This document shows, in pieces, positions 49,075 to 58,400 of a DNA stretch of 59,972 nt. Position numbers and translations under genes: made by a program. The DNA comes from a virus (taxonomy: Duplodnaviria; Caudoviricetes): IMG/VR virus record IMGVR_UViG_3300025137_000039, positions 1-59,972 of that record. One strand, written 5' to 3'. Under the pieces are notes generated by a model that saw only the letters and a program-made list of their open reading frames with translations, ran no database searches and was not told the origin of the DNA. How positions within the stretch are numbered: the stretch's first letter is position 1; each line of letters begins with the position of its first letter.

Positions 49075-50538
49075 ATGGCAGATTTGATTGTACAAAAAAT
49101 AAATGAAGTATATCTACATATAAAAACTGAACCTCATATTGAATATGAGTTAAGAGATAGATTTACTTTTGAAGTGCCTAACAAAAAATTCATGCCTCAG
49201 TATAGAAGCAAATACTGGGATGGATATGTTCACTTGTTTAATATGAAAACTAAGAGGATCTATGTTGGTCTTCTTGATAAAATTGTAGCGTTTTGTGAGC
49301 AGGCAGGATACACATATAAATTTGAAGATAACAAGTTCTATGGTCCTCCTTTTGAAGTCAATAATATGATTTCAGAGGAGGGTGTAAAGGACTTTATGAA
49401 AGCAATCACACCACTAAAACCAAGAGACTATCAGATTGATGCTGTTCATGATGCTTTGAAATATAACAGAAAGTTATTGATCTCACCAACAGCATCTGGT
49501 AAATCATTTATGATTTATACTATTGTAAGATTTCATGTAAATGCTGGTAAAAAAATTCTACTTGTAGTCCCTACTACATCCCTTGTAGAGCAGATGTTTA
49601 AGGACTTCCAAGACTATGGATGGGATGCTGAAAATCACTGCCATAGAATCTATGCTGGACGTGAAAGGGTTAATACTAACGAAGTTACTATTACAACATG
49701 GCAATCTGTATATCAATTAGATAGAAAGTTTTTTGAAGCATATGATGTGGTCATTGGTGATGAGGCTCACCTTTTTAAAAGTAAGTCTCTTGTTGGCATT
49801 ATGGACAAGTTGCATCATGCAAAGTATAGATATGGTTTCACAGGAACTTTAGATGGCACACAGACCCATAAATGGGTGTTAGAGGGACTGTTTGGACCTT
49901 CATACAAAGTTACTCAAACTAAAAAACTTATAGATCAAGGTCACCTTGCCACATTAGATATTCAGTGTCTTGTATTAAAGTATAAACCAAAAAAATTTGA
50001 TACCTACGAAGATGAGATACAATATCTTATTGGACATGAAAAAAGAAATAAATTTATCACAAATTTATCTACAGATTTAAAAGGTAATACATTGATTTTA
50101 TACAGTAGAGTAGAAGCACACGGTGCCATACTTTATGAGATGATAAATAAAAAAGTCATAGAAGGAAGAAAGGTATTCTTCGTTCATGGTGGTGTAAGTG
50201 CTGAAGAAAGAGAAAAAGTAAGAGAAATTACAGAGCAGCAGGATAATGCGATCATTGTTGCCTCTTATGGTACTTTTAGTACAGGAATTAATATAAAAAA
50301 TCTACACAATGTTATTTTTGCCTCTCCATCAAAATCACGCATTCGTAACTTACAAAGCATTGGTAGAGTCCTAAGAAAAGGCAAAAACAAAGTTAAAGCA
50401 AAACTTTATGATATTGCTGATGATCTGACTTTAGGGTCAAGAAAAAATTATACACTAAATCATTTTATTGAAAGAGTGAAAATTTATGTTCAAGAGCAAT
50501 TCAATTATGACATTATATCAATAAACATTAAAGATTAG
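49075..50538 (+). CDS. uvsW: UvsW SF2 helicase
   Basis: SPTASGKS, DEAH, GFTGT, STGINI, QSIGRVLR. Confidence 0.97.
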   Translation: MADLIVQKINEVYLHIKTEPHIEYELRDRFTFEVPNKKFMPQYRSKYWDGYVHLFNMKTKRIYVGLLDKIVAFCEQAGYTYKFEDNKFYGPPFEVNNMISEEGVKDFMKAITPLKPRDYQIDAVHDALKYNRKLLISPTASGKSFMIYTIVRFHVNAGKKILLVVPTTSLVEQMFKDFQDYGWDAENHCHRIYAGRERVNTNEVTITTWQSVYQLDRKFFEAYDVVIGDEAHLFKSKSLVGIMDKLHHAKYRYGFTGTLDGTQTHKWVLEGLFGPSYKVTQTKKLIDQGHLATLDIQCLVLKYKPKKFDTYEDEIQYLIGHEKRNKFITNLSTDLKGNTLILYSRVEAHGAILYEMINKKVIEGRKVFFVHGGVSAEEREKVREITEQQDNAIIVASYGTFSTGINIKNLHNVIFASPSKSRIRNLQSIGRVLRKGKNKVKAKLYDIADDLTLGSRKNYTLNHFIERVKIYVQEQFNYDIISINIKD

Positions 50539-50546
50539 GAGGACGT

Positions 50547-50933
50547 ATGATAGAAGATGATTTTTATTGCACTATCAAATTTAAAAGTGGTGATGAAATA
50601 TTTGCCAAAATAGCAGCAGAAGAAGATGATGATAGGACTATGTTATTAGTATCCAACCCTATCATGGTTGAAGAAATAAAAGTTAGAGGAACAGTAATAG
50701 GGCATAAGTTTGAACCTTGGTTAAAATCAACCAAAGAAGATATGTTTATCGTAAACATAGATGATGTTTTAACTATGTCTGAATCAGAGGACATAGAAAT
50801 GATTCTCTACTATCAAGATTATATTAGAAAAATGAATAAAGGTAATCATGCGCAACTAGATAGAAAGATGGGATATCTATCTACAGTCCAAGATGCAAAA
50901 GAGGTTTTAGAGAAACTATATAAGTCTAGCTAG
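50547..50933 (+). CDS. conserved hypothetical protein (possible Sm-like fold)
   Basis: 128 aa, TIKFKSGDEIFAK...PW; AGGAGG Shine-Dalgarno; conserved position between uvsW and gp55. Confidence 0.8.
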   Translation: MIEDDFYCTIKFKSGDEIFAKIAAEEDDDRTMLLVSNPIMVEEIKVRGTVIGHKFEPWLKSTKEDMFIVNIDDVLTMSESEDIEMILYYQDYIRKMNKGNHAQLDRKMGYLSTVQDAKEVLEKLYKSS

Positions 50934-50959
50934 AACTAATCTTCAAAAGCAACAAACCC

Positions 50960-50988
50960 AGTCTACTGTTAATTCATAATGTTGTCAA
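50960..50988 (-). promoter_or_regulatory. minus-strand sigma70-type promoter (antisense to upstream genes)
   Basis: Reverse complement TTGACA(50988-50983)-17 nt-TAGACT(50965-50960). Confidence 0.55.
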
Positions 50989-51010
50989 CGTTATGATTTA
51001 CTGTTATAAT
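50982..51010 (+). promoter_or_regulatory. sigma70-type promoter for gp55
   Basis: TTGTCA-17 nt-TATAAT with extended TG. Confidence 0.75.
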
Positions 51011-51025
51011 ATTCTCAGTAGATAA

Positions 51026-51532
51026 ATGTTTATTATGCCCTTCTCATATACAACTATGCCAAGACCTAAAAAATCAGAACACTATGTAAACAATAAAGAT
51101 TTTTTAGCTGCTTTGGAACAGTATGCAATTGATGTTGCAAGGGCAAAAGAAAGAGAACAACCAAAACCAAGAATTCCAAGATATATTGGAGAGTGTTTTT
51201 TAAAGATTGCTAATCATTTGTCATATAAACCAAACTTCGTGAACTACATGTTCAAGGATGATATGATTTGTGATGGTATTGAAAACTGTGTAAGGTATAT
51301 CCACAATTTTAATCCAGAGAAATCTAAAAATCCATTTGCATACTTCACTCAAATTATCTACTATGCATTCTTAAGAAGAATTCAACAAGAGAAGAAGCAA
51401 CTGGAAATAAAAAATAAGATTTTAGAGAAGACCAATTTTGATGAAGTCTTTGACTCCAACGACCTTGACGCAAGCAATTATTCAGAATACAATAGTATCA
51501 AGGATAATGTACATTCCAAACTTAGAAACTAA
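51026..51532 (+). CDS. gp55: late-transcription sigma factor gp55
   Basis: HYVNNKDF, IGECFLKIA.HLS.KPNF.NY, NPFAYFTQI.YYAFLRRI.EK; true start may be a downstream ATG. Confidence 0.96.
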   Translation: MFIMPFSYTTMPRPKKSEHYVNNKDFLAALEQYAIDVARAKEREQPKPRIPRYIGECFLKIANHLSYKPNFVNYMFKDDMICDGIENCVRYIHNFNPEKSKNPFAYFTQIIYYAFLRRIQQEKKQLEIKNKILEKTNFDEVFDSNDLDASNYSEYNSIKDNVHSKLRN

Positions 51533-52578
51533 TGCGTGTAGCAGTTATTACTGATACTCACTATGGTGCAAGAAAAGGATCTAAACTTTTTCATGACTAT
51601 TTTGAGAAATTTTATGATAATGTTTTCTTTCCAACTTTAGACAGAGAGAAGATCACCACTGTAATCCACATGGGTGATGCTTTTGATAGTAGGAAGGGTA
51701 TAGAATTTAAAGCATTAGAATGGGCAAAGAGAGTTGTTTTTGAACCACTCAAAGAAAGAAATATAACCATGCATCTGATGGTAGGAAACCATGATGCTTA
51801 TTATAAAAATACCAATCATATCAATTCAGTAGATCTTCTTTTGAATGAGTATGATAATGTCATTACTTACTCAGAACCAGCAGAAGTAGTAATTGATAAT
51901 CAACCTATATTATTCATCCCTTGGATCAATGAAGAAAATAAAGAAAGCACTTTCAAATGCATTGAAAATTCAACTTGCAAGTGTGCGATGGGGCACCTTG
52001 AACTCAATGGATTTAGAGCTCATAAAGGACTCGTCATGGATCATGGTATGGAAAGCAAACTATATCAGAAGTTCCAGAGGGTATTTTCGGGTCATTACCA
52101 TACAAGATCAGATGATGGAAAAATCTTCTACATAGGAAATCCATATGAGATGTTTTGGAATGATGTGAATGATGATAGAGGATTTGTTATTTTAGATACT
52201 GATGATTTTGGTTTTGATTATGTAAATAACCCATACAAACTCTTTCATAATATCTACTACGAAGACACACCATATCAAACTTTTGATGCTACTCAATATT
52301 ATAATAAAATTGTAAAAGTTATTGTAAAATCTAAGACTAATATCTCATCATTTGAAAAATTTATTGATAAACTTTATGATGCTAAAGTATCAGACTTAAA
52401 GATTGTAGAAAATTATGATTTCAATAATGGATACTTGACTAGAGATGCTGATGTAGAAACAGAAGACACCTTCTCTATCTTGAATAGATATATTGAGGAG
52501 GTAGAGTTTTCTCTTGATAAATCAATAGTTCAATCTTTGATTAAAGAAGTTTATGAGGAAGCATGTGAGATAACATAA
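51532..52578 (+). CDS. gp47: recombination endonuclease subunit gp47 (Mre11/SbcD-like)
   Basis: Metallophosphoesterase motifs DTH, GDAFD, GNHD, GHLE, SGHYH. Confidence 0.95.
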   Translation: MRVAVITDTHYGARKGSKLFHDYFEKFYDNVFFPTLDREKITTVIHMGDAFDSRKGIEFKALEWAKRVVFEPLKERNITMHLMVGNHDAYYKNTNHINSVDLLLNEYDNVITYSEPAEVVIDNQPILFIPWINEENKESTFKCIENSTCKCAMGHLELNGFRAHKGLVMDHGMESKLYQKFQRVFSGHYHTRSDDGKIFYIGNPYEMFWNDVNDDRGFVILDTDDFGFDYVNNPYKLFHNIYYEDTPYQTFDATQYYNKIVKVIVKSKTNISSFEKFIDKLYDAKVSDLKIVENYDFNNGYLTRDADVETEDTFSILNRYIEEVEFSLDKSIVQSLIKEVYEEACEIT

Positions 52579-52850
52579 TGTTTATTATTACAGTTGCAGG
52601 AAAAGAAAAAGATGGTGCATATTCTGTAGTAGATGATGAAGGAGAACAAGTCCTTTATATCTTTGAAGAAGAAGATGATGCAATGAGATATTCCATGCAG
52701 CTAGAAGAACTTGACTATCCTCTTATGCATGTGATAGAAATAGACGATGAACTAATGGTCCATACATGTGAGACACATGGACACAGATATACTATTATAT
52801 CTAAAAATGATATTGTGATTCCCCCAGATAAACCTGATGATACTGTTTAA
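52578..52850 (+). CDS. conserved hypothetical protein
   Basis: 90 aa, acidic, overlapping gp47 and gp46. Confidence 0.8.
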   Translation: MFIITVAGKEKDGAYSVVDDEGEQVLYIFEEEDDAMRYSMQLEELDYPLMHVIEIDDELMVHTCETHGHRYTIISKNDIVIPPDKPDDTV

Positions 52851-54549
52851 ATCAATTTCATGGAAGAACTTCCTTTCAACTGGGAATCATCCAACTAGCG
52901 TTTGTTTTGATAATTATAATACATCTTTAATTATTGGATCAAATGGAGCAGGTAAATCAACTATTCTTGATGCGCTTACTTTTTCTTTATATGGAAAGTC
53001 ATTTAGGAAGATTAATAAAGCGCAACTTATTAATACTACAAATGAAAAAAATTGTTTTGTAGATATTGAATTTAGTGTTAACAATGTAGATTGGAAAGTA
53101 GAAAGGGGAATCAAACCAAATATTTTTAAAATCTATAGGGATGGTGAAGAATTAGATCAAAGTTCTTCTGCTATAGATCAACAAAAATGGTTAGAACAAA
53201 ATGTTCTTAAAATGAACTATAAGTCATTTACTCAGATTGTAATTTTGGGTAGTAGTTCTTTTGTCCCATTCATGCAACTACCAACTAATAGTAGGAGAGA
53301 GGTTGTAGAAGATTTATTGGATATCAAAATCTTTTCTTCTATGAATGAGATTGTTAAAACAAGAATGCGTCTGGTCAAAGACGAACTAAGAACACTTGAG
53401 TTGAAGAAAGAAAGTTTAAAAGATAAAGTTGACATGCAAAAAAACTTTATCCAACAGATTGAAAATCAAAGTAAAGATGATGTAAATAAAAAAAATGATG
53501 TAATTAATAATCTGATAGATGAGATGTCAGGTTATATGAAGAAGACTGAGTATCTTGATGAAGAAGTTAAAGCAACTCAATTATCTCTTCAGAATTTTGA
53601 AGGAGCAACTTCTAAACTTAAGGATTATGGTAATATAAAAGGTAAACTATCTCAAAAAATTTCTGGTATTGTAAAGGAACATAAATTTTTTACAGAAAAT
53701 AAAGTTTGTCCTACATGTGATCAAAACATAGAAGAAACATTTAGAGTAAATAGAATTAGTGATTCTCAATCTAAAGCAGAAAAATTGCAGGAAGGGTATC
53801 AAGAACTTCTTCAAGCAATTAAAAATGAAGAAGAGAGAGAATCTCAATTCAAACAATTATCAGGAGATTTAAGTAAATTACTTAATGGCATTACTCAGAA
53901 CAATTCTCAAGTCAATGGTTGTCAAAAACAAATCAAAAGACTTAAACATGAAATTCAAACTGTTACCAATCAAGTTGAAAACAGAAATATTGAACATGAA
54001 AAGTTAGAGAATTTTAGGAGTAGTCTTCAAGATACGTTTGAAAGTATTTCAGATAAAAAAGAAAATGTAACCTATCTTGATTTTACTTATAATTTATTGA
54101 GAGATGGTGGAGTAAAAACCCAAATCATTAAAAGGTATCTTCCTGTTATTAATCAACAGGTTAACAAGTACTTGCAGATGATGGATTTTTATATCAACTT
54201 AAAACTTGATGAAGAATTTACAGAGACAATTGAAACTCCCATCCATGAAGATTTTACTTACTCTTCTTTTTCTGAGGGAGAGAAGATGAGAATTGATTTG
54301 GCACTCCTGTTTACCTGGAGAGAGGTGGCAAGAATGAAGAACTCTGTTAATACTAATCTATTGATTATGGACGAAGTATTTGATAGTTCTCTAGATGGAT
54401 TTGGAACAGAAGAGTTTCTTAAGATTATAAAATTTGTTATTAAAGATGCTAATGTTTTTGTAATCTCTCATAAGGATGGACTTGAAGATAAGTTTGATAA
54501 TGTAATAAAATTTGAAAAACAAGGTAATTTCTCTAGGATAGAACCATGA
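52837..54549 (+). CDS. gp46: recombination endonuclease ATPase subunit gp46 (Rad50/SbcC-like)
   Basis: GSNGAGKST, CPTC zinc hook, FSEGE signature, LIMDEVFD, ISH. Confidence 0.96.
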   Translation: MILFKSISWKNFLSTGNHPTSVCFDNYNTSLIIGSNGAGKSTILDALTFSLYGKSFRKINKAQLINTTNEKNCFVDIEFSVNNVDWKVERGIKPNIFKIYRDGEELDQSSSAIDQQKWLEQNVLKMNYKSFTQIVILGSSSFVPFMQLPTNSRREVVEDLLDIKIFSSMNEIVKTRMRLVKDELRTLELKKESLKDKVDMQKNFIQQIENQSKDDVNKKNDVINNLIDEMSGYMKKTEYLDEEVKATQLSLQNFEGATSKLKDYGNIKGKLSQKISGIVKEHKFFTENKVCPTCDQNIEETFRVNRISDSQSKAEKLQEGYQELLQAIKNEEERESQFKQLSGDLSKLLNGITQNNSQVNGCQKQIKRLKHEIQTVTNQVENRNIEHEKLENFRSSLQDTFESISDKKENVTYLDFTYNLLRDGGVKTQIIKRYLPVINQQVNKYLQMMDFYINLKLDEEFTETIETPIHEDFTYSSFSEGEKMRIDLALLFTWREVARMKNSVNTNLLIMDEVFDSSLDGFGTEEFLKIIKFVIKDANVFVISHKDGLEDKFDNVIKFEKQGNFSRIEP

Positions 54550-54683
54550 AGGTTCCAAATTGGCAGCATCATTCCAAAAAACAACAGAAAGTTCATCTAA
54601 AACCTCAAGCAATTAGACAACGTAAAGAAGCATTACAATTTTTGAAGAAAAAGTTAAATGTGACAACAACTTCATTAAGTTAG
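54546..54683 (+). CDS. 45-aa basic micro-protein
   Basis: MKVPNWQHHSKKQQKVHLKPQAIRQRKEALQFLKKKLNVTTTSLS*; ATGA overlap with gp46. Confidence 0.7.
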   Translation: MKVPNWQHHSKKQQKVHLKPQAIRQRKEALQFLKKKLNVTTTSLS

Positions 54684-54722
54684 CATACGCTGACTAAATA
54701 GTAGAGTGAGAGAGGTAAAATT

Positions 54723-54893
54723 ATGCACAACCTGGTATCTAGAAATGAATTAGCATCTTGGAGATGGGATGAAAAAAACTCATCAAATGAAAAATATGAT
54801 CAAGTGTCTGATTATTTTCAATGCATTTCAGAATGCGGTATCATAGATCAAACAGCAAGGAGGTTTTGCAGACACATCCTAACTGAAGAATAA
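54723..54893 (+). CDS. 56-aa Cys-containing small protein
   Basis: MHNLVSRNELASWRWDEKNSSNEKYDQVSDYFQCISECGIIDQTARRFCRHILTEE*; GAGAGGT Shine-Dalgarno and CTAAATA upstream. Confidence 0.75.
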   Translation: MHNLVSRNELASWRWDEKNSSNEKYDQVSDYFQCISECGIIDQTARRFCRHILTEE

Positions 54894-54969
54894 CTTCAAA
54901 TCACAAAACATAAGGAGAACAAAACCAAAGCCCCCTGCACCTTAAATAGTGTGGGGGGTTGGTGCGTGT

Positions 54970-55024
54970 GACAGTTTAGTAAGTGGTTGCAATGGGTTTT
55001 AAAACCTGTTGACCTGTGTATAAT
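54970..55024 (+). promoter_or_regulatory. phage-specific promoter (GACAGTT-N4-AAGTG box, palindrome, TATAAT)
   Basis: Same architecture recurs at 57239-57294. Confidence 0.6.
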
Positions 55025-55045
55025 AAAGATATCAGCAAGAGACTT

Positions 55046-57115
55046 ATGGCAATCAACTATGAAATCAAGTCCCAGTTGGCAAAATTGCTTGCTACTGAGG
55101 ACCTGGTGGTTGAGCATAAGAATGTTGCCACAGCACAGTTTAATGTAGAACATAGGGTATTGACCCTTCCTATGTGGAAACGTGCTTCTAACAGTGTTTA
55201 TGACATGCTGGTGGGTCATGAAGTGGGACATGCTCTCTTCACACCTAATGATTGGTCTTTTGAGCGTAAGGTTCCTCAGCAGTTTGTAAATGTGACTGAG
55301 GATGCACGTATTGAGAAACTTATGAAACGTAAGTATGCAGGAATTAAAAAATCTTTTTACTGTGGGTATGAAGAATTAGCAGGACAAGATTTCTTTTGTA
55401 TTGATGGTGAAGATGTTGATAATATGAACCTGGCAGATCGTGCAAACCTTTATTTCAAAATTGGTCAGTTTATTGATGTATCATTTCATAATTTTGAAGA
55501 GAGTAGGATTATAAAACTAATTGGAGATGCTGAAACATTTGAGGATGCTGTTGAAGCAGCAAAGCAATTGTATGCATATTGTAAGAAACCAAAGACTGAA
55601 TCACAACCTATAGTGACTCCACCTTCTCAAGATGGACAACCTGGTGGTGAAATAATGACTCATGAAGAAATGCTTGAGGAAGCAGGAAAGCGTGAGTCTG
55701 AAAATGAAGCATCTGATGATATTGATGAACAATCTTCTAATGATTCTGAAACTGCAGAAAATACTAAACAAGATGATAAAGAACCAGAGGTTGAAACTGA
55801 TAGTGCCTTTGAGGAAGGTATTGAAGATCTCAATGGTAATGTGAGTGATGATGACACTGGATATTATGAGATTCCTGAAATTGATATTAATAAAATTGTT
55901 ATCCCTTTTGATGAGATTCAAAAAAAGTTTGAATGGTCAGAAGATCTTTATGCAAATTCTATTGAAGAATGTTTTAAATATGCTGACAGTGAATATAATA
56001 AATTCAGAAAATCTGCTTCACGTGAAATCAATTATCTTGTAAAAGAGTTTGAATGTAAGAAATCTGCTGATGCTTATGCACGTTCTGCTACTTCAAGGAC
56101 TGGTGTTCTTGATTGCTCCAAACTTCATACTTACAAATACAATGAAGATTTATTTAAGAAAGTAACTACTCTTGCTGATGGTAAGAATCATGGACTTATT
56201 TTTGTTCTTGATTGGTCGGGTTCAATGGCAAATTCAATCATTGATACAATTAAACAACTCTACAATCTAATCTGGTTCTGCAATAAATGTAATATCCCCT
56301 TTGATGTCTATGCTTTCACAAATTCATATATGAGGGGAGAGGGGGAAGAGATTGAACATATCTGGGAAGAGGGTAAGTTTATTATTGATGGATCATTCAA
56401 AATGATGAATCTTCTTTCTAGTAATATGAAAAGGAAGGATTTGGAAAAGCAGATGCAATCCATATTCAGAATGGTGTTTGGTTTTAGAAATTATGTACCA
56501 TATAATTATCCAGCAGAGTTTAGTCTTTCTGGCACTCCTCTTAATGAAGCAATTCTGTCACTTCATAAAATTATCCCTGCCTTCAACAAAATGCATGGAG
56601 TACAGAAAACTCATTGTTTTGTCCTGACTGATGGTGAAACTAATTGTCTGATGATTGCTAGAGAAAGTTTTTATGGTGGTCAAGGAGCTAAGCACATTAC
56701 TGCTATGAATTCTTATCTTAGGAACAGAAAGACTGGATATACCTATCAGATCCAATATGAATATTATAAGTTCACTCAAGTTCTTCTTGAGAATCTGAAA
56801 CAAGAAAATAAGGATGTAAACTTTATTGGTATTCGTCTTTGTCCATCAAGAGAGATGAATCAATTTGTCAGAAGGTATGAAATAATTGATGATGTAATGA
56901 GTAAAAAAATGAAGAAAGACAAATTCTATGATATTAAAAATACTGGATATACATCCTACTTTGCTATGCAAACATCTGCTTTGAATAATGATGCTGACTT
57001 TGATGTTGAAGAGGGAGCTTCTAAGGCAAAGATTAAATCTGCTTTTGTTAAAAATTTGAAAACCAAGGCACTAAATAAAAAAGTCCTTGGTAAATTTATC
57101 TCTCTAGTAGCATGA
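55046..57115 (+). CDS. metallopeptidase-like plus vWA domain protein (CobT-like partner)
   Basis: HEVGH (HExxH), EDARIE, MIDAS DWSGS...GTP...LTDGE; ATG 55046 preferred over 55016, which lies inside the promoter. Confidence 0.88.
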   Translation: MAINYEIKSQLAKLLATEDLVVEHKNVATAQFNVEHRVLTLPMWKRASNSVYDMLVGHEVGHALFTPNDWSFERKVPQQFVNVTEDARIEKLMKRKYAGIKKSFYCGYEELAGQDFFCIDGEDVDNMNLADRANLYFKIGQFIDVSFHNFEESRIIKLIGDAETFEDAVEAAKQLYAYCKKPKTESQPIVTPPSQDGQPGGEIMTHEEMLEEAGKRESENEASDDIDEQSSNDSETAENTKQDDKEPEVETDSAFEEGIEDLNGNVSDDDTGYYEIPEIDINKIVIPFDEIQKKFEWSEDLYANSIEECFKYADSEYNKFRKSASREINYLVKEFECKKSADAYARSATSRTGVLDCSKLHTYKYNEDLFKKVTTLADGKNHGLIFVLDWSGSMANSIIDTIKQLYNLIWFCNKCNIPFDVYAFTNSYMRGEGEEIEHIWEEGKFIIDGSFKMMNLLSSNMKRKDLEKQMQSIFRMVFGFRNYVPYNYPAEFSLSGTPLNEAILSLHKIIPAFNKMHGVQKTHCFVLTDGETNCLMIARESFYGGQGAKHITAMNSYLRNRKTGYTYQIQYEYYKFTQVLLENLKQENKDVNFIGIRLCPSREMNQFVRRYEIIDDVMSKKMKKDKFYDIKNTGYTSYFAMQTSALNNDADFDVEEGASKAKIKSAFVKNLKTKALNKKVLGKFISLVA

Positions 57116-57255
57116 AAGAAAACTGGAAAGAAATTGCAAAGGAATCAGAAAAAGATCCAAAGGTAATTAAAATACTTGAGGATGGTCCTAGATCTCTTGG
57201 TCAGGCATATCTACTTCAAGCCATGCGATATAAGTATGGACAGTTAGCAAAGTGA
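57112..57255 (+). CDS. 47-aa hypothetical protein
   Basis: MKENWKEIAKESEKDPKVIKILEDGPRSLGQAYLLQAMRYKYGQLAK*; ATGA overlap. Confidence 0.65.
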   Translation: MKENWKEIAKESEKDPKVIKILEDGPRSLGQAYLLQAMRYKYGQLAK

Positions 57256-57294
57256 CACTAAGGGTCTTAAGACCCTTTCTTTTTGCCCTATAAT
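57239..57294 (+). promoter_or_regulatory. phage-specific promoter (GACAGTT-N4-AAGTG box, palindrome, TATAAT)
   Basis: GACAGTTAGCAAAGTG, perfect palindrome AAGGGTCTTAAGACCCTT (could also act as a terminator), TATAAT 57289-57294. Confidence 0.6.
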
Positions 57295-57315
57295 GACTTC
57301 AGTTAAACAAAATAC

Positions 57316-58392
57316 ATGGCACTCTCCACAGAATACATTCTGTCTTCTCTAAACAATCTTTATGGATCTGAAATTGTAGCTGCTGATGTTCGTGCTTGGT
57401 GTACTATGAATGACACCACATATCAAACTGTAACTAAGAAACTGGATATTTATAAAGTTGGTCGTGGTAAGTGGAATTTGACTGTTAAAGAAAAACTAGA
57501 AAAAACATATGTGTCTCCTGCTGCTCTTCCTGCTGTAGAACAAAATCTTATTCCTGAAAAAGATGATACTTTCGTCAACTTTGGTAATTTTCTCGATATC
57601 AAAAAAATTATTAAGTCCAACTTATTCTACCCTACATTCATTACAGGTCTTTCTGGTAATGGTAAAACATTCTTTATTGAACAAGCTTGTTCTCAACTCA
57701 AAAGGGAATTAATTCGTGTCAATATTACAATTGAAACTGATGAAGATGACCTTATTGGTGGGTTTCGTCTTGTCAATGGTGAAACCATCTGGCATAATGG
57801 CCCAGTCATTGAAGCCCTTGAACGTGGAGCAATCTTGCTCCTTGATGAAATTGACCTTGCCTCAAACAAAATCCTTTGCCTCCAATCTATTCTTGAAGGA
57901 AAAGGGATTTTCCTCAAGAAGATTGGCAAGTTCATTGCGCCCACAACAGGTTTCCAAGTATTCGCAACCGCAAATACTAAAGGAAAGGGGAGTGATGATG
58001 GACGATTCATTGGTACTAATGTGCTCAATGAAGCCTTCCTTGAAAGGTTCCCAGTAACCTTTGAACAGGCATATCCATCACCTTCTGTTGAACAGAAGAT
58101 CCTAGAGGGTGTATCTGACACTGTAGGAGTCTCTGATAGTGAGTTCTGTAAGTATCTGTGTGATTGGGCAGACATCATTCGTAAGACTTTTTATGATGGA
58201 GGTATTGAGGATGTTATCAGTACAAGGCGTTTAGTGCATATCATTCGTGCTTATAGTATCTTTGGTGATAAAGAAAAAGCAATGAAAGTTTGTATTAATC
58301 GTTTTGATGATGAAACCAAACAAGCATTCATGGAATTGTATGATAAGGTAGATGCTGATTTTGAAATGGTTGACATGGAACCTTCTGCTTGA
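57316..58392 (+). CDS. cobS: MoxR/CobS-like AAA+ ATPase
   Basis: GLSGNGKT, LLLDEID, ATANTKGKG, LNEAFLERF, STRRL; cyanophage 'cobS' family. Confidence 0.9.
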   Translation: MALSTEYILSSLNNLYGSEIVAADVRAWCTMNDTTYQTVTKKLDIYKVGRGKWNLTVKEKLEKTYVSPAALPAVEQNLIPEKDDTFVNFGNFLDIKKIIKSNLFYPTFITGLSGNGKTFFIEQACSQLKRELIRVNITIETDEDDLIGGFRLVNGETIWHNGPVIEALERGAILLLDEIDLASNKILCLQSILEGKGIFLKKIGKFIAPTTGFQVFATANTKGKGSDDGRFIGTNVLNEAFLERFPVTFEQAYPSPSVEQKILEGVSDTVGVSDSEFCKYLCDWADIIRKTFYDGGIEDVISTRRLVHIIRAYSIFGDKEKAMKVCINRFDDETKQAFMELYDKVDADFEMVDMEPSA

Positions 58393-58398
58393 TATAAT
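58370..58398 (+). promoter_or_regulatory. consensus sigma70 promoter
   Basis: TTGACA-17 nt-TATAAT with extended TG. Confidence 0.85.
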
Positions 58399-58400
58399 TA

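Noticed and set aside
36862-54549. Introns, inteins or homing endonucleases in gp17, gp20, gp23, uvsW or gp46
   Set aside because: ORFs are continuous and of ordinary length; no LAGLIDADG, GIY-YIG or intein terminal motifs seen. The 38732 CxxC protein lacks an HNH catalytic motif
17208-58057. Alternative-frame plus-strand ORFs nested in large genes (17208, 17538, 35309, 35811, 37007, 41334, 44045, 45373, 47018, 51893, 55662, 55845, 57716)
   Set aside because: Leu/Met/Lys-rich off-frame translations typical of codon-bias shadows
57316-58392. cobS as evidence of phage cobalamin biosynthesis
   Set aside because: A generic MoxR-type AAA+ with a peptidase-vWA partner; no other cob genes in the window
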